DNA of 64,000 bases. Origin: a bacterium. GTDB taxonomy: Bacteria; UBA8248. Below are positions 38,346 to 49,514 of the stretch, one piece after another (within the stretch, counting starts at the first letter, position 1; each line of letters opens with the position of its first letter). Below the pieces are notes generated by a model. It saw only the letters and a program-made list of their open reading frames with translations. It was not told the DNA's origin and did no database searches. The position numbers and the translations under genes were made by a program. Location of the stretch: assembly GCA_965207065.1 (NCBI GenBank), contig OZ242260.1, positions 768,001 to 832,000 on the forward strand, given 5' to 3'.

Positions 38346-39317
38346 TTACAAGAACAGGTACTTCAGGAATCCGGTCAGGAAAATGTTGAGCATCACGAGC
38401 GGGAACATGAACTTCCATCCCACGCGCATCAGCTGATCGTAACGGTAGCGCGGCAGCGTCGCCCGCAGCCATATGAACACGAACATCAAGGCGCCCAGTT
38501 TGAGGCAGTACCAGACGAAGCCGGGGAGCGGAATGAAATCCGGCCCATCCCATCCGCCGAAAAACAGCACGATGCCAATCGTCGATATGACCATCATGCT
38601 GGCGTACTCCGCCAGGAAGAAGAACGCGAACTTCATCCCGCTGTATTCGGTGTGAAAGCCGGCCACGAGTTCGGTTTCCGCCTCGGGCAGGTCGAAGGGC
38701 ACCCGGTTCGTCTCCGCAAGCGCCGCGATAAAGAAGACGATAAAGGCCAACGGCTGATAGAACACGAACCATACGTCGCGCTGCGCGTGTACGATCTCCT
38801 GCAGGTTCAGGGAACCGGCGAGCATCAGCGGCCCGATGACGGAGAAGCCCAGGAATATCTCGTAGCTCAGCATCTGCGCCGCGCTCCTGAGCGCGCCCAG
38901 AAGCGAGTATTTGCTGTTCGAGGCCCAGCCCGCCATCACCACGCCGAACACGCCGAGTGAGCTGATCGCCAGAACGAAAAACAGCCCGATGTTGATTTGC
39001 GTGATATAGAACGTCGCGCTGAAGGGCAGCACCGCATAGACGACCAGTGCGGGCACCAGCACCATCACGGGGGCCAGGACGAAAACAACGCGGTCCGCCT
39101 TGTCGGGGATGATGTCTTCTTTGAAAAACAGCTTGAGCCCGTCCGCTATCGGCTGAAGGAGCCCGTGCCAGCCCACGCGCATCGGCCCCAGGCGCAACTG
39201 TGCGTGGGCGATCACTTTTCGCTCGACGTAGATCATATACGCCACCACGAGTTGCACCACGTTGACCACGATGAATATCTTTATCGCGGCGACCGCGACT
39301 TCTAGCGCCATGTCCAA
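38346..39317 (-). CDS. nuoH: NADH-quinone oxidoreductase subunit H (cluster 2)
   Basis: [31 protein letters not shown]. Confidence 0.95.
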   Translation of the reverse strand: MDMALEVAVAAIKIFIVVNVVQLVVAYMIYVERKVIAHAQLRLGPMRVGWHGLLQPIADGLKLFFKEDIIPDKADRVVFVLAPVMVLVPALVVYAVLPFSATFYITQINIGLFFVLAISSLGVFGVVMAGWASNSKYSLLGALRSAAQMLSYEIFLGFSVIGPLMLAGSLNLQEIVHAQRDVWFVFYQPLAFIVFFIAALAETNRVPFDLPEAETELVAGFHTEYSGMKFAFFFLAEYASMMVISTIGIVLFFGGWDGPDFIPLPGFVWYCLKLGALMFVFIWLRATLPRYRYDQLMRVGWKFMFPLVMLNIFLTGFLKYLFL

Positions 39318-39329
39318 CGAAACGACTCC

Positions 39330-40472
39330 TTACCGATCACACTCGCCCAACACGATGTCGATGCTTCCGATGATGGCCACCACGTCCGCGACCAACTGCC
39401 CGATGCACAGCTTCTTGAGCCCCCCCAGGTTGATGAACGAGGGCGGGCGGATGCGGACGCGATAGGGCGTCGTCGTCCCATCGCTCACGATGTAGAAGCC
39501 GAACTCGCCCTTGGGGTTTTCGATGCTGTGGTATATCTCGCCCTCCGGGGGCTTGATGGTTCGCGGCGTCTTGCAGGTCACCGGCCCGCCGGGAAGCTGG
39601 TCCAGGCACTGCTGGATGATGCGGGTGCTCTGGCGCAACTCCTCGATGCGCACCAGATAGCGGTCGTATATGTCGCCGTTCTCGCCGACGGGAACGACGA
39701 AATCGAGATAGGGATACGCCGCGTATGGCTTGGCGCGCCTTAAGTCCCAACGCACGCCGCTGCCCCGGATGATCGGGCCCGTCAATCCTAAGTCCATCGC
39801 ATCCTCGGCGGAGATGATGCCCACGTCGCGCGTCCTCTGCAGCCAGATGCGGTTGTTCGTGAGCAGCGTCTCGTAATCATCGATCCGGCTCGGGAAAATA
39901 TCGATGAACTCCTGCGTGAGTTGCAGGAACTTGTCCGGCACGTCCTCGTGCAGACCGCCCAGGCGGAAGGCGTTCACCGTCAGTCGGCCGCCGAACGCCG
40001 TCTCGAAGAGATCGAGCACCATCTCGCGCTCTCGGAAGCACCACAGGAACACCGTCATCGCCCCGATGTCGAGAGCGTGCGTGGCGAGCCAGAGCAGGTG
40101 GCTGGCGATGCGGGAGAGCTCCCCCACCATCGAGCGGATGTACTGCGCCCGCATGGGGATCTCCCAGTCGAAGAATTTCTCCACCGCCGTGACCCACGCG
40201 AGATTGTTCGAGGGCGCCGCGATGTAGTCGAGGCGGTCCGTATAGGGGATGAACATCGTGTAGGTGATGTTCTCGCCGATCTTCTCCGTGCCGCGGTGCA
40301 GGTAGCCGATGTCGCAGTCGAGGTCGTTCACCGTCTCGCCGTCGAGTTTCAGGATCACCCGGAGCACCCCGTGCGTGCTCGGGTGCTGGGGACCCATGTT
40401 GATGACGAGTTCTTCGGTCCCGTGCAGGGTGCTCTGCTGCTCGATACGAGACGTGTTCGCTACGCCGACCAT
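39330..40472 (-). CDS. nuoD: NADH-quinone oxidoreductase subunit D (cluster 2, short form)
   Basis: NMGPQHPSTHGVLR, GYLHRGTEK, DIVLGECDR. Confidence 0.95.
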   Translation of the reverse strand: MVGVANTSRIEQQSTLHGTEELVINMGPQHPSTHGVLRVILKLDGETVNDLDCDIGYLHRGTEKIGENITYTMFIPYTDRLDYIAAPSNNLAWVTAVEKFFDWEIPMRAQYIRSMVGELSRIASHLLWLATHALDIGAMTVFLWCFREREMVLDLFETAFGGRLTVNAFRLGGLHEDVPDKFLQLTQEFIDIFPSRIDDYETLLTNNRIWLQRTRDVGIISAEDAMDLGLTGPIIRGSGVRWDLRRAKPYAAYPYLDFVVPVGENGDIYDRYLVRIEELRQSTRIIQQCLDQLPGGPVTCKTPRTIKPPEGEIYHSIENPKGEFGFYIVSDGTTTPYRVRIRPPSFINLGGLKKLCIGQLVADVVAIIGSIDIVLGECDR

Positions 40473-40501
40473 TCCCTCATTTCCTCAAAAAGTGCGTTGC
40501 T

Positions 40502-41092
40502 CTAATCGCCGATTTCCTTGCGCTTCGGCTTGGTGTAAATCCGCTCTCCCCGACCCTCGAGCGGATAGTCCTTCCGCATCGGATGGCTGCCCCAGTTGTC
40601 GGGCAGAAGTATCCGCCTGAGATCCGGATGACCCTCGAATTCGATGCCGAACAAATCGTAGATTTCACGCTCCATCCAGTCCGCGCTGCTCCATACGCCC
40701 GAAACCGTAGGCATGGCCTGGCCTTCCTTGATCCGCACTTTCAGGCGAAGCCTGCGGTTATGTTCGATGCTGTAGAGCTGATACAGCACCTCGAAGGGAT
40801 TTTCGGCCTCCGGGTAGTGCACCGCCGTCAAGTCGGTGAGGAGTTTGAAGAGCGTATCGCCGTGGTCGCGCAGATGCGTGGACACGGCGACGATGGAGTC
40901 GAGTCCCACGACGAACGTCGCCTCGTCCTCATCGTCCTGATAGGCGCTCTGCTCCAGAACTGCGCCCGGAAACGCCGATTCCACCACTTCCTTCAAATCC
41001 TCGCCGGGCGGAGTCTTCACGGCTTCGGCGGGCTCATCGGCATCCGGAGCGCCGTTCGTCTGTTCGCTGTTTTCCTCTACCTCGTCCGGCAT
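40502..41092 (-). CDS. nuoC: NADH-quinone oxidoreductase subunit C (cluster 2)
   Basis: EREIYDLFGIEFEGHPDLRRI, HPMRKDYP. Confidence 0.95.
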   Translation of the reverse strand: MPDEVEENSEQTNGAPDADEPAEAVKTPPGEDLKEVVESAFPGAVLEQSAYQDDEDEATFVVGLDSIVAVSTHLRDHGDTLFKLLTDLTAVHYPEAENPFEVLYQLYSIEHNRRLRLKVRIKEGQAMPTVSGVWSSADWMEREIYDLFGIEFEGHPDLRRILLPDNWGSHPMRKDYPLEGRGERIYTKPKRKEIGD

Positions 41093-41118
41093 CTTCTTCC
41101 CTTGTGCGCCGCAGGTTG

Positions 41119-41595
41119 TTACCGGCGGATGTATTTTTCCTGTTCAATTTTTTTCTGAAGCTGCATGACGCCCCACATCAAGGATTCGGGCCTGGGCGGG
41201 CAACCCGGAATGTAGACGTCCACCGGGATGATTTCATCCACTCCCTGCATCACCGCATAGTTCGCGTACGGGCCGCCGCAGGTGGCGCAGTTGCCCATCG
41301 CGATCACCCAGCGCGGCTCGGGCATCTGGTCGTAGACCTTGCGAATCGCATCACCCATCTTGTGGGTGACGGTGCCCGCCACGATGATCACGTCGGACTG
41401 GCGCGGCGTGGCGCGGAAGATCACGCCGAAACGGTCGAAATCGTAGCGCGCAGCGCCCGAGGCCATCATCTCGATGGCGCAGCACGCCAGGCCGAAGGTC
41501 ATCGGCCAAAGCGCGCTCTTCCTCGCCCAGGCGACCAGGCTGTCGACTTTCGACGTGACGAAATTATCGCTGAACTTGCCCTCGACTATGCCCAC
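41119..41595 (-). CDS. nuoB: NADH-quinone oxidoreductase subunit B (cluster 2)
   Basis: [28 protein letters not shown] start at 41595 overlapping the nuoA stop. Confidence 0.93.
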   Translation of the reverse strand: MGIVEGKFSDNFVTSKVDSLVAWARKSALWPMTFGLACCAIEMMASGAARYDFDRFGVIFRATPRQSDVIIVAGTVTHKMGDAIRKVYDQMPEPRWVIAMGNCATCGGPYANYAVMQGVDEIIPVDVYIPGCPPRPESLMWGVMQLQKKIEQEKYIRR

Positions 41596-41987
41596 TCCAA
41601 CGCTCCTTTTCGCCAAGCGTAGAAATAACCCACCAACAGGATGGCGATGAACAGCATCATCTCGATGAATCCGAACAGCCCGAGTGCGTCGTAGCGCACC
41701 GCCCAGGGGAAGAGGAACAAGGCCTCCACGTCGAAGAGCAGGAACAGTATGCCCAGCAGGTAGAACCGGATGGAGAAGCGCTCGTGCGCCTCCATCAGCG
41801 GGGGCATGCCGCACTCATAGGGGGAGTTCTTCTCGGAGTCGGGGTTGTTCGGGCGGACCAGCATCGCGAAGATCAGAATACTCGCCGCGAGGGCGGCCGC
41901 CATGAGCGTGATCAGGAAGATGGGGACGTAGGGATTGATGACCTGATAATCCCTGAAAAACGCGCCTACAACCTCCATGGCATCCAT
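41586..41987 (-). CDS. nuoA: NADH-quinone oxidoreductase subunit A (cluster 2)
   Basis: [23 protein letters not shown]. Confidence 0.93.
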   Translation of the reverse strand: MDAMEVVGAFFRDYQVINPYVPIFLITLMAAALAASILIFAMLVRPNNPDSEKNSPYECGMPPLMEAHERFSIRFYLLGILFLLFDVEALFLFPWAVRYDALGLFGFIEMMLFIAILLVGYFYAWRKGALEWA

Positions 41988-42157
41988 GCGTGGTCCCCCA
42001 CAAAATACAGCATACCCCAAGAGTCATGAGAATGCGCCGCCTTCATCGTTGCCGCATGGCGGTCATTCCCCTCGAAAACCCCTGGATCAAAAGCATGATA
42101 TCGAACGAACCGCCATGATTTATATCATGGCGGCAATCGAAAAACCAACCCCTGAGG

Positions 42158-43636
42158 TCAATTAAAAAAGACCGTGGATCGATGGGCGAAATCCAGCACC
42201 GAGGAGGGGAAAATCCCCAATTGCAGGGTGGTCGCTACGGCGAGCACGAGCGCCGCGACCGCGTAGGACCAGCCCGGATGCGGCGCGCGCTTCACCACGC
42301 CGCCTTGCGGTTCGCGCATGTACATCACCACGACGAGCCTCAGGTAATAATACACGGCCACCACGCTGTTGAGCACCGCTATCACGGTCAGCCAGACGTA
42401 GCCGCCGTTCAGCGCTGCGCTGAACACGTGGAATTTCGCCACGAAACCCCCGGTGGGCGGAAGGCCGGAGAGCGAGACCATGAACACGGCCATCGCCGCC
42501 GCGAGACCTGGCCGGAAAGAGGCCAGACCCGCGAGGTTATCCAGCTTCGTGCCGCCGTCCTCGCGCATGTTCGAGATGAGGGTGAGCACGCAGAAAGCGC
42601 CCATGTTCATGAAAACGTAGACGAGCATGTAGTACAGGAACCCGCTCGTGGCCAACTCGGCACTCGAGCGCGACGCCACGAGCGCGACCATGAGATAGCC
42701 GGCGTGGGCGATGCTCGAATAGGCGAGCATCCGCTTCACGCAGGACTGCCAGATGGCGACGAGGTTCGCCAGGCTCATCGTGAGCACGGCCATCACCCAA
42801 AAAACCGTATCGAAGCTCCCGCCGGCGTCGCCCGCGGAGAGAAAAACCCGGAAAAACGCGGCGAAAGCCGCCGCCTTCGGACCCACGGACATGAACGCCG
42901 TCACCGCGGTGGGCGCGCCCTCGTATACGTCCGGCGTCCACATGTAGAAAGGCGCCGCGGCCACCTTGAAGCCCAGCCCAACCACCATGAAGCCCAGGCC
43001 CATCAGGAAGGCTGCCCCTCGCGAGGCGGGATTCTCGTGAAGCCGCGTGGCGATTTCTATCAGGTCGACCGACCCCGTCGCGCCGTAGACGAGCGCCATG
43101 CCGTAGAGCAGGAAACCCGAGGCGAACGAACCGAGCAGAAAGTATTTGAGCGACGCCTCGTTGCCCTCGGGACGCGCGCGCAGATAACCCGCCAGGACGT
43201 AGAGCGACAGGGAGAACACTTCCAGGCCCACGAAGATCATCAGCAGGTTCCGCGTCGCCGCCATGAGCATCATGCCGGAGGTGGCGAAGAGGATGAGGCC
43301 GAAATACTCGCCCGCCGGCGTATCGTCCAGCTCCCGCTGGGCCGCGGCGATGAGCACCGAGAAAATGCTCGCGAACAGGATGACGACGTAGAGAAACTGC
43401 GTGAACCCGTCGAAGAGGTACATGCCGCCGAACGACGCGGCCAGGCCCGGCAGCGCGCGCGCGCCGAGCGTCACCCCCAGGGCGGCGGCCAGCGTCATCA
43501 GCGTGATGATGATGATGACGGAGCGCTCCCCTTTTGCGAGAAAAACGTCCCACATCAGAACCAGCACCGCCCCGAATACCGGCAGGATCACCGGCAGCAG
43601 GTATCCCCAATGGATGGTGGGATGAACGATTTCCAA
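42158..43636 (-). CDS. nuoN: NADH-quinone oxidoreductase subunit N (cluster 1)
   Basis: EASLKYFLLG, WTPDVYEGAP, KRMLAYSSIAH. Confidence 0.95.
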   Translation of the reverse strand: MEIVHPTIHWGYLLPVILPVFGAVLVLMWDVFLAKGERSVIIIITLMTLAAALGVTLGARALPGLAASFGGMYLFDGFTQFLYVVILFASIFSVLIAAAQRELDDTPAGEYFGLILFATSGMMLMAATRNLLMIFVGLEVFSLSLYVLAGYLRARPEGNEASLKYFLLGSFASGFLLYGMALVYGATGSVDLIEIATRLHENPASRGAAFLMGLGFMVVGLGFKVAAAPFYMWTPDVYEGAPTAVTAFMSVGPKAAAFAAFFRVFLSAGDAGGSFDTVFWVMAVLTMSLANLVAIWQSCVKRMLAYSSIAHAGYLMVALVASRSSAELATSGFLYYMLVYVFMNMGAFCVLTLISNMREDGGTKLDNLAGLASFRPGLAAAMAVFMVSLSGLPPTGGFVAKFHVFSAALNGGYVWLTVIAVLNSVVAVYYYLRLVVVMYMREPQGGVVKRAPHPGWSYAVAALVLAVATTLQLGIFPSSVLDFAHRSTVFFN

Positions 43637-43638
43637 AG

Positions 43639-45195
43639 CTATTTCACCTCGACTCTTTGCACATAAGCGAGCGCGCTCTTTTGCAATTTCCGCTCAGGCG
43701 CCTTCTCCACGCGCAGCACCCGGCGGTTCACCTGCGTGAGCCAGGCCTTGGCCGACGGCTCGATGCGGTTGAACAACGGTTTGGGGTAAAGCCCGATCCA
43801 GAACATCAGCGCCACCATGGGCAGCATGACGAGCCACTCGCGCCTGTTCATGTCGGCGAGCCCCAGGTTCGCCCGCACGCTTACCTCGCCGAACAGCACG
43901 CGCTGGAGCATCCAGAGCATGTAGACCGCCGAGAGAACCACGCCGGTGGCCGCGATTACGGCGAACCAGGCGTTGCGCTCGAACGCGCCCAGCAGAATCG
44001 TGAACTCGCCCACGAACCCGTTCAGCCCCGGGAGGCCGATGCTGCTCAGCGCCGTGATGATGAAAAACGTCGAGAACACGGGCATCACCCGAAGGAGCCC
44101 TCCGAATTCATCGATTTGCCGCGTGTGCCTCCTCGAATAGATGAAGCCCACGATCAGGAAGAGCGCCCCGCTGCTGATGCCGTGGTTCACCATCTGGATA
44201 ACGCTCCCCGAGGCGCCCAGGAGGTTGAAGGAGAAAAGCCCCAGCATCACGAAGCCCAGATGGCTCACCGAGGAGTAGGCCACGAGCTTTTTCACGTCGG
44301 TCTGCACCATGGCCATGAGCGCCCCGTAGATGATCCCCACCAGCGCCAGGCATATGATGAGGAACGCGAACTCGCGCGCCGCCGTCGGGAACAGCGGCAT
44401 CGCCAGCCTCATGAAGCCGTACGTGCCCATTTTCAGGAGGACGCCGGCGAGGATGACGCTTCCCGCCGTGGGCGCTTCCACGTGGGCGTCGGGCAGCCAG
44501 GTGTGAAACGGGAAAATCGGCACCTTGATGGCGAAGGAGATGGCGAACGCGGCGAACAGCCACGGCTGGAGGGCGGCGTCCACCGGTTCTCTGATATGCG
44601 CCAGGATGTCGAACGTGCCGACCCCGCTCGTGAAATACAGCCAGATGATCGCCACGAGCATCAGCACGCTTCCGGCCATGGTGTACAGGAAGAACTTGAC
44701 GGCCGCGTAAATCCGGCGTCCCCCGCCCCAGACCCCGATGATGAGGTACATCGGAATCAGCATCCCTTCCCAGAAGACGTAGAACAGGAAGAAATCGAGC
44801 GCGAAGAACACACCGAGCATCCCCGTCTCCAGGAACAGCAGGGACATGTAGTAGAGCCTGGTCTTTTTCCGCACGTCCTCGAAGGAGAAAAGAATCGCGA
44901 CGGGCGTCAGGATGGTGGTCAGCATCACGAGCAGCAGGCTGATGCCGTCAACGCCCACCTTGTAGGAAATCCCGAATCTCGGGATCCACGCCGCTTCTTC
45001 GACGAACTGCATATCCGCGAAACCGGGCCGGAAGCCCATGTACATCACGGCCGAAAGAGCGAACGTGACCAGCGACACCGCCAGCGCGAACGCGCGTATG
45101 CCTCCGCTCCCCTTGCGCTCACCCTCTCGCGCGAACAGGAGCAGCAGACCGCCCAGCATGGGCAGGAACAGTATCGACGTGATTATTCCAGGCAC
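43639..45195 (-). CDS. nuoM: NADH-quinone oxidoreductase subunit M (cluster 1)
   Basis: FPFHTWLPDAHVEAPT, KKLVAYSSVSH. Confidence 0.95.
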   Translation of the reverse strand: MPGIITSILFLPMLGGLLLLFAREGERKGSGGIRAFALAVSLVTFALSAVMYMGFRPGFADMQFVEEAAWIPRFGISYKVGVDGISLLLVMLTTILTPVAILFSFEDVRKKTRLYYMSLLFLETGMLGVFFALDFFLFYVFWEGMLIPMYLIIGVWGGGRRIYAAVKFFLYTMAGSVLMLVAIIWLYFTSGVGTFDILAHIREPVDAALQPWLFAAFAISFAIKVPIFPFHTWLPDAHVEAPTAGSVILAGVLLKMGTYGFMRLAMPLFPTAAREFAFLIICLALVGIIYGALMAMVQTDVKKLVAYSSVSHLGFVMLGLFSFNLLGASGSVIQMVNHGISSGALFLIVGFIYSRRHTRQIDEFGGLLRVMPVFSTFFIITALSSIGLPGLNGFVGEFTILLGAFERNAWFAVIAATGVVLSAVYMLWMLQRVLFGEVSVRANLGLADMNRREWLVMLPMVALMFWIGLYPKPLFNRIEPSAKAWLTQVNRRVLRVEKAPERKLQKSALAYVQRVEVK

Positions 45196-45230
45196 TCGCC
45201 CCTAACGCTCCTCAAAGAATCGAAAAATCA

Positions 45231-47135
45231 TTACCGGGCCGTGAGGTACAGCAGAATCACGAGCGCGCCGACCAGCATCGATACGGCGTAGCTCTTCACG
45301 TAGCCCGTCTGGAGACGCCTCAGGACGCCGCCCAGGGATTGCACGAAAAAACCCGCGCCGTTCACGGCCGCGTCGACCAGACCGTCCTCGAACGCTCGCC
45401 AGCACCAGATCGACGCCCGCTTTACCGGTTGAATGATCAAGGCGTCGTATATCTCGTCCACGTAATACTTGTTCACCAGAAGACGGTGGATTCTCGGCCA
45501 GAGTTCCGCGTACGCGCTGCCGCCGTCGTTTTTGAGCACATAGAGATTGTAGGCCGCGTATATTCCGATGAAGGCGACCGCGAGCGAGAAGACCATCATC
45601 AGTATCTCGAACACCACCTCATGGTGCGCCTCGCCGTGACCGCCGAAAACAGGAGCGAGGAAATCGCCGAATACGTTCGCCCCCGTGATGATGGGAATCC
45701 CCACCCAGCCGCCGACAATGGAGAGCGCCGCCAGCGCCTGAAGCGGAAGCGTCATATTGGCCGGAGATTCATGGACTTTCTGCTGCTCCTCCAGGCTCAG
45801 GCTGCAGGTGCCGAAGAATACGCGGAACAAGAGCCTGAACATGTAGAACGCCGTCATCAACGCGCCGGCCGCGCCTGCGAGCCACAGGAGCACCCCGCCG
45901 CGCTCGGCCGTCATGGCCGAATAGAGAATGGCGTCCTTGCTGAAAAAGCCGGCGAAGGGGAATACGCCTGCGATGGCCAGTGCGCCTATGAGGAAGGTGT
46001 TGCTCGTTCGCGGGAGGGCCGCGTGGAGTCCGCCCATCCTGCGAAGGTCCTGCTCTCCGTCAAGCGCGTGAATCACGCTCCCCGCGCCCAGGAACAGGAG
46101 CGCCTTGAAAAACGCATGAGTCATCAGATGGAAGATCGCCGCGGAAAACGCGCCCACGCCGCATGCCAGGAACATATAGCCCAGTTGGCTCACTGTGCTG
46201 TAGGCGAGCACCTTCTTGATGTCGGTCTGCACCAGGGCGATGGACGCCGCCATCAACAGCGTGAGCGCTCCGATGACCGCCACCACCAGCATCGCCGTCG
46301 ATGAGAGTTCGAAGAGCACGTGCGCTCTCGCCACCATGTAGACGCCCGCCGTCACCATCGTAGCCGCGTGTATCAGGGCGCTGACCGGGGTGGGGCCTTC
46401 CATCGCGTCGGGCAGCCAGACGTAAAGCGGAATCTGCGCGCTCTTGCCCGTGGCGCCCGCGAAGAGCAGCAGGCAGATTATCGTCGCCGCCGCGCTCTCG
46501 GGGCCGAGCAGTTGAGGGGCCTTCGAGAACACCTCCGCGAAATCCAGCGAGCCCACGACGCTGTAGATGTAGAAAAGCGCAATCAGGAAGCAGAAATCAC
46601 CCACCCGGTTCACGATGAACGCCTTCTTGCCGGCCTCGGCCGCCGCCTTGCGCTCGTACCAGAAGCCGATGAGCAGGTAGCTGCAAAGACCCACCGCCTC
46701 CCAGCCCACGAACATGACCACGAAGTTGTCGCCCAGAACGAGCGTCAGCATGGAGAGCGAGAAGAGGTTCAGGTAGATGAAATAGCGAACCACGCCGCGG
46801 TCGCCGTGCATGTAGCCCATCGAGTAGAGGTGGATCAATGTCCCGACGCCGGTGACCACGAGCGCCATCACGGCCGAGAGCGGATCCAGCGAGAAGCTCG
46901 CCTGGATTTCGAAGGCGCCCACGGGAATCCACTCGAACAGGACGGCGCGGATGAGCCGCCCCTTCTCGGGCATCGCCAGAAGGCGGAGCCAGCTCACGAG
47001 CGAGGCCGCGAACGCGAGCGCCAGCGCCAGCGTCGCGGTCCAGCCGGCGAACTTCTCCCCGCGCTTCCAGCCGAAGAGCAGGTTCACCAGAACGCCGATG
47101 AGAGGGAACGCCAATATGAGGGTCAGACTATCCAT
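45231..47135 (-). CDS. nuoL: NADH-quinone oxidoreductase subunit L (cluster 1)
   Basis: WLPDAMEGPTPVSALIHAATMV; a single VDAAVNG in the lateral helix. Confidence 0.95.
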   Translation of the reverse strand: MDSLTLILAFPLIGVLVNLLFGWKRGEKFAGWTATLALALAFAASLVSWLRLLAMPEKGRLIRAVLFEWIPVGAFEIQASFSLDPLSAVMALVVTGVGTLIHLYSMGYMHGDRGVVRYFIYLNLFSLSMLTLVLGDNFVVMFVGWEAVGLCSYLLIGFWYERKAAAEAGKKAFIVNRVGDFCFLIALFYIYSVVGSLDFAEVFSKAPQLLGPESAAATIICLLLFAGATGKSAQIPLYVWLPDAMEGPTPVSALIHAATMVTAGVYMVARAHVLFELSSTAMLVVAVIGALTLLMAASIALVQTDIKKVLAYSTVSQLGYMFLACGVGAFSAAIFHLMTHAFFKALLFLGAGSVIHALDGEQDLRRMGGLHAALPRTSNTFLIGALAIAGVFPFAGFFSKDAILYSAMTAERGGVLLWLAGAAGALMTAFYMFRLLFRVFFGTCSLSLEEQQKVHESPANMTLPLQALAALSIVGGWVGIPIITGANVFGDFLAPVFGGHGEAHHEVVFEILMMVFSLAVAFIGIYAAYNLYVLKNDGGSAYAELWPRIHRLLVNKYYVDEIYDALIIQPVKRASIWCWRAFEDGLVDAAVNGAGFFVQSLGGVLRRLQTGYVKSYAVSMLVGALVILLYLTAR

Positions 47136-47147
47136 GATTCCTTAGCT

Positions 47148-47450
47148 CTATAGCTTCAGTAGATTGATCTCGTCCAGGTCGGTGGATTCACGGTTTCTGT
47201 ATATCAGCACCACGATGGCCAGGCCGATAGCGGCTTCCGCCGCGGCCACCGCCATCACGAAAAACACGATCATCTGGCCCGCCATCGAGTCCAGGAAGTG
47301 ACCATAGGCCACGAACGCCAGATTCGCCCCGTTCATCATCAACTCGATGCACAAGATGACGACGATGGCGTTTCTGCGCACCACGACGCCCACGACTCCT
47401 AAAGAGAAGAGAACCGCGCTCAGAATCAGGTAATGCTCAAGCGGCGCCAC
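47148..47450 (-). CDS. nuoK: NADH-quinone oxidoreductase subunit K (cluster 1)
   Basis: [19 protein letters not shown]. Confidence 0.95.
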   Translation of the reverse strand: MAPLEHYLILSAVLFSLGVVGVVVRRNAIVVILCIELMMNGANLAFVAYGHFLDSMAGQMIVFFVMAVAAAEAAIGLAIVVLIYRNRESTDLDEINLLKL

Positions 47451-47462
47451 GTCCCACTCCTC

Positions 47463-47981
47463 CTAGCGGCTTCGCCTGCTCGCCAGCACCACGGCGCCGA
47501 CGATGCCCACGAACAACAATACGCCCATGGCCTGGAACGGCAGGACGTAATCCGTCAACAACAGGTTTCCGATAATCTGCGTGTTGCCCAGCTCACTCAC
47601 GCGCTCCGGGGGAAAACTTCCCTTTTTGCCCGTCATGAGGGAGGTGGAGAGGAATATCTTGAGCAGCACGCTGAATACGGCGAGTCCCGCGATGGCGCCC
47701 AGCATCTTCTGTCCGGGCAGGCGCAGCTCTTTTTGCTCCTCCCGGCCCAGGTTGATCAGCATCACCACGAACAGGAATAGCATCATGATCGCGCTGGCGT
47801 AGATGATCACCTGAACGATGGCGACGAACTGCGCGTGAAGCGAGAGATACAGCCCGGCAAGGCCCAGGAAGGTCAGGATCAGGGCGAGCACGCTGTAGAG
47901 CGGGCTGGGAAACGCGACGACGGCTATCGCGCCCACCGTCGTCACCACCGCCAGGAAATAAAAGAACAGGGAACTGGCCAC
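47463..47981 (-). CDS. nuoJ: NADH-quinone oxidoreductase subunit J (cluster 1)
   Basis: AQFVAIVQVIIYASAI, YVLPFQ; lies between nuoI and nuoK. Confidence 0.93.
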   Translation of the reverse strand: MASSLFFYFLAVVTTVGAIAVVAFPSPLYSVLALILTFLGLAGLYLSLHAQFVAIVQVIIYASAIMMLFLFVVMLINLGREEQKELRLPGQKMLGAIAGLAVFSVLLKIFLSTSLMTGKKGSFPPERVSELGNTQIIGNLLLTDYVLPFQAMGVLLFVGIVGAVVLASRRSR

Positions 47982-48026
47982 TACCGCCCTTCCTCCAGCG
48001 GGCGGGCGCCCGCTTCAAATCGAACC

Positions 48027-48506
48027 CTAGACATACGTGAGCAGGTTTTTCTCGTCATAGCGGGCATGAAGCTCCGGATAATCCTCGGTCCGCTCCACGA
48101 TCAAATCGCCCTTCTCGTAGAGGAACTTGCCCCGGTCGTCCTGACAGAATTCATACTCGTTGCCCAGCACGACCGCGCCGACCGGGCAGGCTTCTTCGCA
48201 ATATCCGCAAAAGATGCAGCGAAGCTCGTTGATCTCGTAAATGCTGGCGTAGCGCTCGCCCTTCGAAGTCGGCGCCTCGGGGTCGTTCTCCTCAGATTCC
48301 ACATATATGCAATCTACCGGACACGCTGCCGAGCAGAGCTTGCACCCCACGCAGCGCTCCAGGCCGTCCTCCCAGCGCAGCAGCTTGTGGAGGCCGCGGT
48401 AGCCCACGGGCATCTCCTCCTTGACGTCGGGGTACTGCACGGTCACGCGGTTTTTGAAGGAATGCTTGAGCGTCAGCCACAATCCCCTGCAAATCTCGCC
48501 TAACAT
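48027..48506 (-). CDS. nuoI: NADH-quinone oxidoreductase subunit I
   Basis: CVGCKLCSAACP and CIFCGYCEEACP, two [4Fe-4S] motifs. Confidence 0.96.
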   Translation of the reverse strand: MLGEICRGLWLTLKHSFKNRVTVQYPDVKEEMPVGYRGLHKLLRWEDGLERCVGCKLCSAACPVDCIYVESEENDPEAPTSKGERYASIYEINELRCIFCGYCEEACPVGAVVLGNEYEFCQDDRGKFLYEKGDLIVERTEDYPELHARYDEKNLLTYV

Positions 48507-48533
48507 GAATCCTCCCCCCTTTCGATCGGCCCG

Positions 48534-49514
48534 CTAGCCCAGGAAAACGACGGCGGCGGCCGTGAGCATCACGTTCAGGATGGACAGCGGCAGAAGCACC
48601 TTCCATCCGAAACCCATCAGTTGGTCATAGCGCAGGCGCGGCGTGGAGGCGCGCAGCCACATGAAGAAGAACATGAACGCCAGCACCTTGATCAGGAACC
48701 AGAGGACGGGCGGCAGCAGCGGTCCGCGCCATCCGCCGAGGAAAAACGTCGCCCCCACCGCCGAGAGCGTGATCATGCTGCAGTACTCGGCGATGGAATA
48801 AACCGCAAAGTGCATGCTGCTGTATTCGGTATGAAAGCCGCCCGTGAGTTCGCTCTCGGCCTCGGGCAAGTCGAAGGGCGCCCGGTTCGTCTCCGCCAGC
48901 ATGCAGATGACGAAGAGCAGAAAGCCCAGGGGCTGCAATACGATGTAGGGCATACCGGCCTGGGCCTCGACGATTCCCTTCAAGCTCAGGGTGCCCGAAA
49001 TCATGACCACGCCCAGAAGCGACATGCCCAGCGAGAGTTCGTAGCTTATCAACTGGGCGGCGGAGCGAAGCCCGCCGATGAGCGGATACTTGCTGTTCGA
49101 CGCCCATGAGCCGAGCACGATGCCGTACACGCCGATGCCCGCCATGGCGAAGATGTACAGGATGCCGACGTTCACGTCGGCCACCACCAGGTCCACCTTC
49201 TGGCCGAACACGGTCACGGAATCGCCGAAGGGAACCACGGCGAAGGCGGCCAGCGCCGGAATGAGCGTGACGGCGGGCGCCAGGACGTAAATCACCTTGT
49301 CCGCCTGAGCGGGAATGATGGTTTCCTTGAACATGAGCTTGATCCCGTCGGCGATGGGCTGCAGAAGCCCCAACGGTCCCACGCGGTTGGGACCCACGCG
49401 CACCTGTATGAGCGCGAACACGCGCCGCTCCATCCAGGTCATGTAGGCGGCGAGAAGCAAAAGCCCGCCGAAGCCCACGAGCACTTTCCCGAGAATGATG
49501 AGCAGCCAAATCAT
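48534..49514 (-). CDS. nuoH: NADH-quinone oxidoreductase subunit H (cluster 1)
   Basis: [29 protein letters not shown]. Confidence 0.95.
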   Translation of the reverse strand: MIWLLIILGKVLVGFGGLLLLAAYMTWMERRVFALIQVRVGPNRVGPLGLLQPIADGIKLMFKETIIPAQADKVIYVLAPAVTLIPALAAFAVVPFGDSVTVFGQKVDLVVADVNVGILYIFAMAGIGVYGIVLGSWASNSKYPLIGGLRSAAQLISYELSLGMSLLGVVMISGTLSLKGIVEAQAGMPYIVLQPLGFLLFVICMLAETNRAPFDLPEAESELTGGFHTEYSSMHFAVYSIAEYCSMITLSAVGATFFLGGWRGPLLPPVLWFLIKVLAFMFFFMWLRASTPRLRYDQLMGFGWKVLLPLSILNVMLTAAAVVFLG

